Source: Candidatus Zhuqueibacterota bacterium
GTDB lineage: Bacteria > Zhuqueibacterota > Zhuqueibacteria > Thermofontimicrobiales > Thermofontimicrobiaceae
DNA length: 64,000 nucleotides
Assembly (NCBI GenBank): GCA_049322915.1
Contig: JBMOPW010000027.1
Span: forward strand, 1,558 to 65,557
Direction of reading: 5' to 3'
The notes under the pieces are model-generated. The model was not told the origin of the DNA, made no database searches, and worked only from the letters and a program-made list of their open reading frames with translations. The stretch's first letter is position 1. Each line of letters begins with the position of its first letter. Shown here piece after piece: positions 1 through 10,242 of the stretch. Made by a program: the position numbers and the translations under genes.

Positions 1-135
1 CATGACCGGCTCCGTCTCATGTAACGGAGGTATCTTTTGAATAGCTCCGCCATTCATGGCAGAGACAACAGACCATCCCAAAATCTTTCGGGCGTTAGCC
101 CAAATAAATTTGAACCCTAAAATTCAAATCAGGAA

Positions 136-1614
136 ATGTCAATGGACACTCATCATTACATCGGAATCGATCTTGGCGCCTCGAGCGGAAGGACTGTACT
201 GGGAACACTGAAAAACAAATTTCTCACCGTGAGAGAATTGAACCGCTTTCACAACGGCGCTGTGAATCTGAACGGCAGCCTGCATTGGAATGTGGTTGAA
301 TTATTCGAACACATGAAACGCGGTCTGGCCGCTTGCGCGCGGGACGTTACCACCAGCCCGGACAGCATGGCGCTGGACACCTGGGGCGTGGATTATGGCC
401 TGCTCGCCAGCGACGGCAACTTGCTGGGGTTGCCCTATGCCTATCGCGATGGCAGGACCAACCGGGCTATGGAGCAGTTCTTCGAGCGAATCCCACGGGA
501 GCGCGTCTACGCGCTGACCGGCAACCAGTTCATGCAATTCAATACCCTGTTTCAATTGTTCGCCATGATGCGGGATAAAAGTCCACTGGCGCGCATTGTT
601 TCGGATGTGCTGTTCATGCCGGATCTGTTCAACTACCTGTTCACCGGCGTAAAAAAGTCCGAGTTCACCATTTCAACCACATCGCAGATTTACAATCCCC
701 TGAAGAATGACTGGGATGAAGAATTGCTGGGCGCGCTGGGATTGCCAAAAACCATCATGCAGGAAATTGTTCAGCCAGGCGCAGTCATCGGGATGCTATC
801 GGACTATATTTGTCAGGAAGTTGGCCTGGCCCCTGTGCCGGTCATTGCCAGCGCCAGTCACGATACAGGCTCTGCTGTGGCTGCGACGCCGGCCGGCAGC
901 GATCCCAACTGGCTGTACATCAGTTCCGGCACATGGTCGCTGATGGGCGTGGAAGCGCCGGCGCCGATTATCAATGAAAAAACGCTGCGATTCAATTTCA
1001 CCAATGAAGGCGGCATCGAGGGCACGTTCCGCTTCCTCAAAAATGTCGCAGGGTTGTGGCTGGTTCAGGAATGTCGCCGCATCTGGGCGAAGGAGAAGGA
1101 CATCACATTCGGGGAACTGACGGACATGGCTGCCGGAGCTGCGCCGTTTCAGGCGATGATCGATCCCGATCACCACGATTTTTTGGCTCCGCAGGATATG
1201 CCTCAGGCGATTCGCGCGTTCATCAAAAAGTCCGGCCAGAAAGTGGGGAATGCGCCCGGCGATATTGTCCGCGTTGCGCTGGAAAGTCTGGCCCTCAAAT
1301 ATCGGTTTGTGCTGGATCAACTGAAACAGGTGCATGCCACGCCCATCAATAAAATTCACATCATTGGCGGCGGCACGCAAAACACGCTGTTGTGTCAGTT
1401 CACCGCCAACGCCACAGGTCTGCCGGTCGTGGCTGGTCCTGTGGAAGCCACGGCCATTGGCAACATCCTCACTCAGGCTTTGGGAATGGGCCACGTGAAC
1501 AGCCATGCGGAAATTCGAGAGATCATCCGCAATTCTTTTCAGCTCGAACAGTATGAGCCCCGGGAATGCCAGCCGTGGGATAACGCCTACGAGCGGTTTC
1601 GGGAGATTCTGTGA
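136..1614 (+). CDS. rhaB: Rhamnulokinase (FGGY carbohydrate kinase family)
   Basis: 492 aa. N-terminal IGIDLGASSGR sugar-kinase motif. Overall FGGY architecture with rhamnulokinase-like N-terminus. Sits upstream of a GH78 rhamnosidase. Confidence 0.8.
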   Translation: MSMDTHHYIGIDLGASSGRTVLGTLKNKFLTVRELNRFHNGAVNLNGSLHWNVVELFEHMKRGLAACARDVTTSPDSMALDTWGVDYGLLASDGNLLGLPYAYRDGRTNRAMEQFFERIPRERVYALTGNQFMQFNTLFQLFAMMRDKSPLARIVSDVLFMPDLFNYLFTGVKKSEFTISTTSQIYNPLKNDWDEELLGALGLPKTIMQEIVQPGAVIGMLSDYICQEVGLAPVPVIASASHDTGSAVAATPAGSDPNWLYISSGTWSLMGVEAPAPIINEKTLRFNFTNEGGIEGTFRFLKNVAGLWLVQECRRIWAKEKDITFGELTDMAAGAAPFQAMIDPDHHDFLAPQDMPQAIRAFIKKSGQKVGNAPGDIVRVALESLALKYRFVLDQLKQVHATPINKIHIIGGGTQNTLLCQFTANATGLPVVAGPVEATAIGNILTQALGMGHVNSHAEIREIIRNSFQLEQYEPRECQPWDNAYERFREIL

Positions 1615-1776
1615 TCGCTGCGAACGGACAGTCGATTCAGCAAAGATTGATCTTGACGGAATCGTATTTTCATGAAAGTGATCGGGGACGCATGGTTGCC
1701 ACCCATCATGTATGAAAGAGAACGCCGGCGCGTTGCATTTCGGGCCGGGAAAAGAAAATTGAAAGGAACAGGGACT

Positions 1777-4473
1777 ATGATTCATCCGCCAGTGAATTTA
1801 AAATGCGAATACCTCGCTAATCCTCTGGGCGTTGTCACGCCTTCGCCCCGCTTCTCCTGGCTTATCGCTGCTGATGCAAGGAATAGCACTCAGGCCAGGT
1901 GCCAGATACGGGTCGCAACCCAGGAAAATCTGCTGCATGAAGGACGCGCCGATATGTGGGACAGCGGCGTCTTGGAGACAGATAATAATTTCAATATCCC
2001 GTACGAGGGAAAGGCGTTGCAGGCCGGCGCTCGCTATTTCTGGTGCGCGCGCTGGTGGGACAATCATGGAACAGCCAGCGACTGGAGCAGCAGCGCATTT
2101 TTTGAAATGGGGGTGATGAATTCGCAGGACTGGCAGGCGGGGTGGATCACAAAAAAGGAGTTCGTGGAATTTGATATCAAGCGCAATGAGCCGATCGTGA
2201 AACAACTGGGGCCGTTTCGCCAGGCCTTTGCTGCGTATTTCAGAAAAGAATTTTCCGCCGCCGGACAGATCAAAAAGGCGCGCGTTCATGTGTGCGGGCT
2301 GGGCTATTACGAGCTGCGGATCAATGGCGGGAAAGTCGGCGATCACGTGCTGGACCCGGCGCAGACCGACTATTTCAAGACAGCGCTCTACGCCACCCAC
2401 GACGTGACGCAGATGATTCGGGAAAACAACGCCCTCGGCGTCATGGTTGGCAATGGCCGCCATGTGAAGAACTACTTTTATCCGGATCCCAAACTGATCC
2501 TGCAACTTCATCTGGATTATGAAAATGGCCGCACCGAACTCATCACGACTGATGAAACGTGGAAAGTCTCCCACGGCCCGTTGATGGAGAATGGCATTTA
2601 TTTCGGCGAGAAATACGACGCCCGATTGGAAATGCCTGGCTGGGACGCTCCCCAATTCGATGATGTGAGCTGGGAACAGGCGCTGGTCACCACCGGGCCG
2701 GAACTTGCGCCGCAGATGATGCCGCCGATCCGCGTCATGGACACGCTGCGACCGATGCGGATTATCAATCCCGGGCCGGGGCGGTATGTGTACGATTTCG
2801 GTCAGAATTTCAGCGGATGGGTGAAGCTGTCCGTCCGCGGCCCGCGCGGGACCGAGGTGACGCTTCGATTCGCCGAACTGATTGAAAACGATGGCAATTT
2901 GAACACGTTCCCCAACGGGAACGCGGAAGTCACGGACACCTACATTCTCAGCGGTTGCGGCGACGAAGTGTACGAGCCGCGTTTCACCTATCACGGATTT
3001 CGCTACGTCGAAGTCGCCGGTTTTCCCGGCGTCCCGACGCTGAAGAATCTGGATGGAAAATTCATCCACTCCGATGTCAGCGAGGCCGGCGATTTTCACT
3101 GTTCGCATCAGCTCATCAACGCGATTCACCGCAATACCCTGTGGGGCCAGCTCTGCAATTTAATGAGCATCCCCACGGACTGCGCGCAGCGCGACGAACG
3201 ACAGGGCTGGATGGGAGACGCACAACTGGCTGCCGAGGAAGCCATTCTGAATTTCGACATGGCCGCATTTTTCACCAATTATCTGCGGCAAATTCAGTTA
3301 GCCCAGGCCGATGACGGCGGTCTGCCCGATGTCGTTCCGCCCTATTGGAATATGTTGCGCCCGGCGGACCCGGCATGGGGTACCGCCTATATCACCATCG
3401 CCTGGTATGTCTATTTTTATTACGGGGACACGCGGATTCTGAGCCAGCATTTTGACTCAATGCGGCGCTACGTGGATTTTCTCACCGCTCAATCGGACAA
3501 TTTCATCATTCGCCATCTGGGCAAATACGGCGATTGGTGTCCCCCGGGCAGCATCATTCCGAAAAAGACGCCGGTGGAATTGACCTCAACGTGGTACTAT
3601 TATTCGGATGTGTTTCATCTGGCAAAGATGGCCGCGGTGCTGGGCAAGCGCGACGAGTTCACCCATCTCACCCATCTTACGGAGGAGATTAAATCTGCCT
3701 TCAACAAAGAATTTTTGAAAGACGACCAGTATGCAGCGCACCGCGTCAGCCCGGTGGACATCGCGCCGAATCAAACGGCCAACGCGCTTCCGCTGTACCT
3801 GGACATGGTGCCTGATGACAAAATAGCGACCATTGTGGAGAAATTGCTTCTGGCCGTCACGCGCGACCAGGACTATCACCTGGACACAGGGATCATCGGC
3901 ACCCGATATCTGTTCGATGTATTGACGCGCCATCATTTCGAAGATGTGGCGTTCAAAATTGCCACGCAGGAATCGTACCCTTCCTGGGGCTACATGCTCG
4001 CGGAAGGCGCGACAACGCTGTGGGAGCGCTGGGAGAAGATCACCGGCGGTGGCATGAATTCGCACAATCACATCATGCTGGGCAGCGTGGATGCCTGGTT
4101 TTACAAGTCCGTCGCCGGCATTCGCTGCCTGACCCCGGGCTGGGGCCGCGTGGAATTCCGACCGATCATGGTGAAAGACTTGAACTATGCAACCGCGCGG
4201 CTGAAAACCTTGCGCGGGGAATTCTTCATTTCATGGGTGAAAGAAACGTCCCGGCTCACAATGATTATTGCCGCGCCGGTGGGCGTCACGGCAGAAATTT
4301 ATCTGCCGCGACTCTGGCAGCACAGCCACATCAGCGAAGGAGGAACGCAACTCAGTACTCAGAAAAAGCGCATCGCCACAGGCGGCGCCGTTCAATTCAT
4401 CCGGGAAGAAGACAGGTACTTCGTTTTTGAAGCAGGCAGCGGCTATTACCAGTTCACCGTGGAGCCGGCATAA
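1777..4473 (+). CDS. Alpha-L-rhamnosidase, glycoside hydrolase family 78
   Basis: About 900 aa with bacterial rhamnosidase N-terminal and six-hairpin catalytic regions (LKCEYLANPLGV.., large C-terminal domain). Start moved to ATG 1777 (MIHPPVNL); the ORF-track upstream extension is likely spurious. Confidence 0.8.
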   Translation: MIHPPVNLKCEYLANPLGVVTPSPRFSWLIAADARNSTQARCQIRVATQENLLHEGRADMWDSGVLETDNNFNIPYEGKALQAGARYFWCARWWDNHGTASDWSSSAFFEMGVMNSQDWQAGWITKKEFVEFDIKRNEPIVKQLGPFRQAFAAYFRKEFSAAGQIKKARVHVCGLGYYELRINGGKVGDHVLDPAQTDYFKTALYATHDVTQMIRENNALGVMVGNGRHVKNYFYPDPKLILQLHLDYENGRTELITTDETWKVSHGPLMENGIYFGEKYDARLEMPGWDAPQFDDVSWEQALVTTGPELAPQMMPPIRVMDTLRPMRIINPGPGRYVYDFGQNFSGWVKLSVRGPRGTEVTLRFAELIENDGNLNTFPNGNAEVTDTYILSGCGDEVYEPRFTYHGFRYVEVAGFPGVPTLKNLDGKFIHSDVSEAGDFHCSHQLINAIHRNTLWGQLCNLMSIPTDCAQRDERQGWMGDAQLAAEEAILNFDMAAFFTNYLRQIQLAQADDGGLPDVVPPYWNMLRPADPAWGTAYITIAWYVYFYYGDTRILSQHFDSMRRYVDFLTAQSDNFIIRHLGKYGDWCPPGSIIPKKTPVELTSTWYYYSDVFHLAKMAAVLGKRDEFTHLTHLTEEIKSAFNKEFLKDDQYAAHRVSPVDIAPNQTANALPLYLDMVPDDKIATIVEKLLLAVTRDQDYHLDTGIIGTRYLFDVLTRHHFEDVAFKIATQESYPSWGYMLAEGATTLWERWEKITGGGMNSHNHIMLGSVDAWFYKSVAGIRCLTPGWGRVEFRPIMVKDLNYATARLKTLRGEFFISWVKETSRLTMIIAAPVGVTAEIYLPRLWQHSHISEGGTQLSTQKKRIATGGAVQFIREEDRYFVFEAGSGYYQFTVEPA

Positions 4474-4522
4474 CGCCGGGCCATCGATTGATAACCGCTC
4501 GGGAATCAGGGAAATCGACCCA

Positions 4523-5761
4523 ATGACACGGCAATCCGAAACACGAACTGTGTATGACTACATAAAATCGAACTGGCAGAATACGATTCGGTATGAACCC
4601 GATGACCAGGGAACGCTGCTGGGTTTGCCTTTTCCATACACCGTCCCCTGCCAGAGCGAAAAAACCATGCAGAACTATTTCTACTGGGATACCTATTTCA
4701 CCAATGTCGGTCTGCTGCTGCAGGGATTTGTTGACCTTGCTCGTAACAATGCGGACAATCTTTTGTTCCTGCTCCGGAAATATGGATTTGTGCCCAATGG
4801 GAATTGCACCTATTTTTTGAACCGCTCGCAGCCGCCCTATCTTGCGCTGATGGTCAGGGAAATTTTCGATCGGACCGGGGACAAAACCTGGCTCCACCGC
4901 GCCTATGACGCCCTCAAAGTTGAGTACGATTTCTGGGATAAAAAGCGGAGCACACCGGTCGGACTGAATCGCCATTTTCATCACGCCACGGCGGAGGAGC
5001 TTCACCACTTTATTGATCACGATGTGAAAGACCGCGTTCCTGTCACTGCGAGCGATCCGGCCGGGAAAATCCGCGCGGCTGAGCACTATCTGGCTGAGGC
5101 AGAGACTGGCTGGGATTTCACTCCGAGATTTGAAGGTCGCGCATCGGATTTCGTCCCGGTGGATTTGAACAGCCTGTTGTATCAGGTCGAATTGAACCTT
5201 GCCCGGTTCAGTCAGGAATTGGGGATTGGCGAAGAGGCTCACTGGCTATCGCTGGCCGAGGCCCGGCGGACGCTGTTCTCGCGTTTTTTATGGGATGAAG
5301 AAAACGGCTTTTTCTATGACTACGATTTCGTCCCGCGCCGGCGGAGCGCCGTCGCTTCTCTGGCTGGCTTTCATCCGTTATGGACAAGGATGGCGACGCC
5401 GGCCCAGGCCGAGGCGGTGAGGTCCAACCTCTCCAAATTCGAATTCGACTTTGGGATGGCAGTGTGCGAGCAGGGCGGTCGAAGCAGCCTGTACCAGTGG
5501 GATTTCCCGAATGGCTGGCCTCCGCTTTATTACATCGTGATTCAGGGATTGAGGAACTACGGCTATGAACAGGACGCCCGACGGATTGCCGGGAAATTCG
5601 TCCGGGTCGTCAGCGCGAATTTCCAGGCAACGGGTGATTTGTGGGAAAAATACAATGCCGTGGACGGCTCGATCCGGGTGATTAATGAGTACGACATGCC
5701 GGCCATGCTGGGCTGGACTGCCGGCGTTTTCGTCCATTGCATCCATTTTTTAGAGCAGTGA
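4523..5761 (+). CDS. GH37 trehalase-like glycoside hydrolase
   Basis: Both GH37 signature regions are present: NYFYWDTYF and QWDFPNGWPPL. Start set at ATG 4523 (MTRQSET). Short overlap with the rhamnosidase end. Confidence 0.7.
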   Translation: MTRQSETRTVYDYIKSNWQNTIRYEPDDQGTLLGLPFPYTVPCQSEKTMQNYFYWDTYFTNVGLLLQGFVDLARNNADNLLFLLRKYGFVPNGNCTYFLNRSQPPYLALMVREIFDRTGDKTWLHRAYDALKVEYDFWDKKRSTPVGLNRHFHHATAEELHHFIDHDVKDRVPVTASDPAGKIRAAEHYLAEAETGWDFTPRFEGRASDFVPVDLNSLLYQVELNLARFSQELGIGEEAHWLSLAEARRTLFSRFLWDEENGFFYDYDFVPRRRSAVASLAGFHPLWTRMATPAQAEAVRSNLSKFEFDFGMAVCEQGGRSSLYQWDFPNGWPPLYYIVIQGLRNYGYEQDARRIAGKFVRVVSANFQATGDLWEKYNAVDGSIRVINEYDMPAMLGWTAGVFVHCIHFLEQ

Positions 5762-5780
5762 TTTTGCTGCCGCCTATCCA

Positions 5781-7373
5781 TTATCCCTGACGATACTCTG
5801 CCCAGCGAATTCCTAATTTCCGCATGCGCGCGCGGAGGGTGTGAGGATTGATTTTCAGCAATGTTGCAGCTCCGGACGCGCCTTCAATTTTTCCCTGTGT
5901 TTTTGCCAACGCCCGAATGATATGCTTTTTCATGGCTTCGTCCAATGAACAAATTTCCTGTGGTATTTGGAAATAGTTCGCTTCGGCTTTTACCTGATTA
6001 TGATTTGGCTCAATTTTTTCTGACCAGCCCAGCGCCTTGCTCACCTCCAATTGATTCCCATCCCCAAGCAGCGCTGCGCGATCGATGACAGCGCCAAGCT
6101 CGCGAATATTGCCAGGCCAGGGATATGCAGCGAGCGTCCCAATGTCTTCTTCCGAGGGTAGCTGAACCGGCAAGCCGAAGCGGATGGCCGAGCGCCGGGC
6201 AAAATGCTCGGCTAATTCTTTGAGGTCTTCGAGGCGCTCCCGCAGTGGAGGCAGGAAAATGGGGAAGGTCGCGATTCGATACCACAGATCGTCGCGGAAT
6301 TGTCCGTGCGCCACCATCGACGTCAGATCGCGATGAGTGGCCAGGACAATGCGGACATTCACTTTAAGCGGATGTTTGCCGCCAACCCGCTCCAACCAGC
6401 CATCCTGCAGAACGCGTAAAAACCGAACCTGCGCCGGCAGGGGCAGTTCGGCCACTTCATCTAAAAACAGCGTGCCGCCATCAGCCCGTTCGAACCAGCC
6501 CTTTCGCGATTCAACGGCGCCGGTGAATGCGCCGCGTTCATGGCCAAAAAGCTGGGAGTCGATGAGCTCTGAGGGAATCGCTCCGCAGTTCACGCGGATG
6601 AAAGGCCCCTCTTTTCGGCTGGAATTATTGTGAATAGCCCTGGCGATGACTTCTTTCCCTGTGCCTGTCTCTCCGAAAATCAACACGGGCACATCGGATT
6701 TCGCCACCAACATGACCCTCTCCATTACTTTCTTCAAACCCCCTTCGGCTCCGACGATCACGTCACCGATTTCTTTCCGACTCAATTTCGTGAGCAGTGT
6801 TGTTTTATCCGCTTCCGCAGCTTCCCGTAAACTGATAATTTCCCTGAGCTGGCTATCGTTTTTTAAGGCCACGGAAAATGGCTCGATTAAAGTCCGCATC
6901 AATTCCGCATGATAGCGCGTGAAGGTCTGTCCTTGTTGAGCGACGAAGACGAGAAATGGATAGATGCCATCGTCTATCGTCAGCGCCGTGGATAATATAT
7001 CGAGGTGCGACGGAATGGCCGTGGGGACAAGAAGCGAGAAAATGGACTCGCAATGGTGATCCTGATTTCGGTGCGCGATCTGTCGGGTGCGAAACAAGCT
7101 CATCAACCGTTTTTTTTCCGCGGAGTTGATTTTTGTTGAAGCGAAATACGCAGCGTCTGATTCGGACTCGCCGAATCCAATCGCGACAGTGTCCAGAGTG
7201 GCATGAGCGTCATCGAGCATTCGAATGAAAATTTGTGAAATGGGCATGTGTTGCCGCAGTACGAGCGCGATCTGGGGGGTCGATTCTGTAATTTTAATAT
7301 GGCGGCATGCTTCACGATAGGCGTCTAACAGAATGGGCCGAAATTTTTCCATAGTCTTCCCTTGATATTTCAT
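5781..7373 (-). CDS. Sigma-54-dependent transcriptional activator (GAF sensor + AAA+ sigma-54 interaction domain + Fis-type HTH)
   Basis: Walker A GETGTGKE, GAFTGA sigma-54 contact motif, C-terminal HTH, and a ~190-aa N-terminal GAF-like region. Divergent from the sbp-cysTWA operon. Confidence 0.8.
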   Translation of the reverse strand: MKYQGKTMEKFRPILLDAYREACRHIKITESTPQIALVLRQHMPISQIFIRMLDDAHATLDTVAIGFGESESDAAYFASTKINSAEKKRLMSLFRTRQIAHRNQDHHCESIFSLLVPTAIPSHLDILSTALTIDDGIYPFLVFVAQQGQTFTRYHAELMRTLIEPFSVALKNDSQLREIISLREAAEADKTTLLTKLSRKEIGDVIVGAEGGLKKVMERVMLVAKSDVPVLIFGETGTGKEVIARAIHNNSSRKEGPFIRVNCGAIPSELIDSQLFGHERGAFTGAVESRKGWFERADGGTLFLDEVAELPLPAQVRFLRVLQDGWLERVGGKHPLKVNVRIVLATHRDLTSMVAHGQFRDDLWYRIATFPIFLPPLRERLEDLKELAEHFARRSAIRFGLPVQLPSEEDIGTLAAYPWPGNIRELGAVIDRAALLGDGNQLEVSKALGWSEKIEPNHNQVKAEANYFQIPQEICSLDEAMKKHIIRALAKTQGKIEGASGAATLLKINPHTLRARMRKLGIRWAEYRQG

Positions 7374-7559
7374 TGATGTCTGTGATATATGCTGGAATTT
7401 GCTGTTAAATATTACGGAATCATTTGCATAAAAGCAAGATTAAATTTTCAACGCATTGGAATTTAATGAAATAATCGGGATGAATTTCTCTGGTATGGCG
7501 ATTGTAAAGACTGAAATACCAATGAGACTGAAAAATGAACTTCATCAGGAGGAATGACA

Positions 7560-8591
7560 ATGAAAAAGGTATGGAGTGTATTCGCTGTTGTTTTGCTCTG
7601 CGGTCTATGCCAGGTCTGCGGTAAAAAGGAAATGCAACCCAGCGATACGATAACGCTGGGCGCTTATACGGTGCCGAAGGAGGCGTATCAGAAGGAGATC
7701 ATTCCGGCATTTCAGGCGTATTGGCTTGAAAAGACCGGGAAGCGGGTTCAATTCAATGAATCGTACATTGCCTCAGGCGCCCAGTCGCGGGCAATCATCG
7801 CCGGTTTCGAAGCAGATGTTGCAGCGCTTTCGCTGGAGAGCGATGTGGATCGGCTCGTGGAAGCAGGGCTCATCGCTCACGAGTGGAAAAAGAAACAGTA
7901 TGATGGCATGGTATCGCGATCGGTGGTCGCGATTGCGTTTCGCCAGAGGAATCCGAAACAGATTCGGGATTGGGTCGATCTGGCGCGTCCCGGGGTGAGT
8001 GTGCTTTATCCCAGTCCCAAAACATCGGGCGGCGCCATGTGGGACGTGAACGCTATTTACGGGGCTGGATTGAAAATGAGTGAGCTAGAAACAGGGCAGG
8101 CGGATCCTGCGGCAGCAATGGTGCTGTTAAAGGCGATCCAAAAAAATGTGAAAGTGATGGATAATTCCGGCCGGGCTTCTGTGACAACGTTTGAAAACGG
8201 AGTTGGCGATGCCCTGGTGACTTATGAAAATGAGATTTTGCTGCGAATAAAACAGGGACGAACGATGGAATACATCGTTCCGGCGGCCACAATTCTCATC
8301 GAAAATCCCATCGCTGTCATCGACAGGAATGTGGACAGGCACGGCAATCGCGAAGTGGTTGAGGCATTTGTCGCCTTTGTCCTGACGAAACACGTGCAGC
8401 GTATCTTTGCAGACTACGGCTTTCGTTCGGTGGATGAGGAAGTGAATCGCGAATATGCCGATAAATTTCCGCAGCCGCAGCACTTGTTCGACATCAATTA
8501 TTTAGGTGGCTGGAAACTGGTGCAGGAGAACCTCTATGGCGCCAGGGGTGTCTGGTCGCGTATCATAGAAGAGTCAGCTCATGAAAATTAA
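7560..8591 (+). CDS. sbp: Sulfate/thiosulfate ABC transporter periplasmic substrate-binding protein
   Basis: Strong similarity pattern to Sbp/CysP (NPKQIRDW, GVSVLYPSPKTSGGAMWD, TFENGVGDALVTYENE). Signal peptide present. AGGAGG Shine-Dalgarno 7 nt upstream of ATG 7560. Confidence 0.8.
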   Translation: MKKVWSVFAVVLLCGLCQVCGKKEMQPSDTITLGAYTVPKEAYQKEIIPAFQAYWLEKTGKRVQFNESYIASGAQSRAIIAGFEADVAALSLESDVDRLVEAGLIAHEWKKKQYDGMVSRSVVAIAFRQRNPKQIRDWVDLARPGVSVLYPSPKTSGGAMWDVNAIYGAGLKMSELETGQADPAAAMVLLKAIQKNVKVMDNSGRASVTTFENGVGDALVTYENEILLRIKQGRTMEYIVPAATILIENPIAVIDRNVDRHGNREVVEAFVAFVLTKHVQRIFADYGFRSVDEEVNREYADKFPQPQHLFDINYLGGWKLVQENLYGARGVWSRIIEESAHEN

Positions 8592-9420
8592 ACCGCACCT
8601 TTTTCCGTTGCCGCCAAAGGAGGACATCATCCTGCGGAGTCTCTCCTTTTTCTACATCGGGCTGCTCATTATTCTTCCGATTGTCGCGTTGATGAGCCAG
8701 GCATTCCATGGGGGGATTGCTTCGCTTTGGGCGAATATCTCCAGCCCGCAATCTGTGTATTCGCTCAAACTCACCTTTACAGCGGCCCTGTTCATGGTGG
8801 TCATCAATATCCTGACCGGAACAGCGACGGCCTGGGTGATGGTCCGCTATTCGTTCCCGCTCAAAAGTTTGATGAACTCGCTCATCGATTTGCCATTCGC
8901 CATACCCACCGTGGTAACCGGCATCATGCTTGTCGCCATGTACGGGCCGGATAGTTTCATCGGCGAATTCTTCAGTCGCAGGGGAATCGAAATTATCTTC
9001 AACAAGCCCGGCATTATTCTGGCGCTGCTGTACGTCACTTTCCCGTTCGTCGTGCGGACAGTTCAACCTGTGTTGCTGGAAATGGAGGTTGATATGGAGG
9101 AAGCGGCAAAGACGCTGGGTGCATCCACCGGGACGATATTTTTTCGGGTCGTTCTGCCCACACTGCTTCCGGCAATTCTCACCGGCGCCGCCCTTTCTTT
9201 CAGCCGAGCGCTGGGCGAGTTTGGCTCCATTGCCATTGTCTCGGGGAATATCCCATTTAAGACCCAGGTCGCGCCGGTGTATATCTATGGTGAACTTGAA
9301 AGTTACAATCAGCAGGGCGCCATGGGCATTTCAGTGGTATTGCTCATTAGTTCCTTTGTGATTCTCACCATGCTCAACATCATTCAAATCTGGAGTCGAC
9401 GGCATGAAAAAGCTCAGTGA
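8581..9420 (+). CDS. cysT: Sulfate ABC transporter permease CysT
   Basis: 279-aa polytopic permease with the EAA-like ABC permease loop. Overlaps sbp and cysW, indicating an operon. Confidence 0.8.
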   Translation: MKIKPHLFPLPPKEDIILRSLSFFYIGLLIILPIVALMSQAFHGGIASLWANISSPQSVYSLKLTFTAALFMVVINILTGTATAWVMVRYSFPLKSLMNSLIDLPFAIPTVVTGIMLVAMYGPDSFIGEFFSRRGIEIIFNKPGIILALLYVTFPFVVRTVQPVLLEMEVDMEEAAKTLGASTGTIFFRVVLPTLLPAILTGAALSFSRALGEFGSIAIVSGNIPFKTQVAPVYIYGELESYNQQGAMGISVVLLISSFVILTMLNIIQIWSRRHEKAQ

Positions 9421-10240
9421 TTTTCGGAAGAGAAGCGCTTCATATTCATGGGGTAAAATTATCCTGATCATTCTGGTGGTGGGCTGGTTCCTCGTGTTGA
9501 CCATGCTGCCCCTGTATGGCATCATCCGGGAGGCATGGAAAAACGGCTGGCAGAATTTTGTAACGTCCATTGTCGCGACGGAATCGCTGCATGCGCTGTT
9601 GCTGACGTTGCGGATCACGATTGGCGCTGTCGTCATCAATACTTTCTTTGGGGTGATACTGGCGCTCGTCCTGGTGAAACATACCTTTCGCGGCAAGTTA
9701 TTGTTCGAGGGTTTGGTCGATTTGCCCTTTGCCGTGTCGCCGGTTGTGGCTGGATTCATGTTCATCATCCTGTTCGGTCCCAATGGCTGGATCGGCAACT
9801 GGTTGGAACTGCACCAGTTGAAAATTGTCTATGCATTTCCGGGCATGCTCATCGCAACATTATTTGTCACCCTGCCGTTCGTCGCGCGGGAAGTGATGCC
9901 GGTACTCAGAGAATTTGGACTGCAACAGGAAGAGGCAGCCTATATTTTAGGCGCGTCCAGATGGCAGACATTCTGGAAAGTGACTCTGCCTTCGATCAAA
10001 TGGGGGCTTGCCTATGGAGTGACGCTGACCATCGCCCGTTCCATCGGTGAATTCGGCGCCGTATTGGTTGTGAGCGGCAGTATTATTCACAAAACACAGA
10101 CAGCCACGTTGCACATTCATCAGGAGTTCACTGATTTCAATTACGCCGGCGCGTTTTCATCGGCGATTGTGCTGGCGGCGATTTCATTTATACTGTTAAC
10201 CACCATGCAGCGCGTGTACAAACGGAAAGGGGTGAATTAA
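9404..10240 (+). CDS. cysW: Sulfate ABC transporter permease CysW
   Basis: 278-aa permease, paralogous to CysT, translationally coupled to it. Confidence 0.8.
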   Translation: MKKLSDFRKRSASYSWGKIILIILVVGWFLVLTMLPLYGIIREAWKNGWQNFVTSIVATESLHALLLTLRITIGAVVINTFFGVILALVLVKHTFRGKLLFEGLVDLPFAVSPVVAGFMFIILFGPNGWIGNWLELHQLKIVYAFPGMLIATLFVTLPFVAREVMPVLREFGLQQEEAAYILGASRWQTFWKVTLPSIKWGLAYGVTLTIARSIGEFGAVLVVSGSIIHKTQTATLHIHQEFTDFNYAGAFSSAIVLAAISFILLTTMQRVYKRKGVN

Positions 10241-10242
10241 AT

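Noticed and set aside
796-1785. 329-aa minus-strand ORF antisense to rhamnulokinase. Similar long antisense ORFs occur at 1798..3129, 13693..14499, 15172..16107, 45183..46292, 52972..54720 and 62025..62912.
   Set aside because: They lie fully inside well-supported genes on the opposite strand. Their composition is Arg/Ala/Gly-rich, typical of GC-driven spurious ORFs. No motifs.
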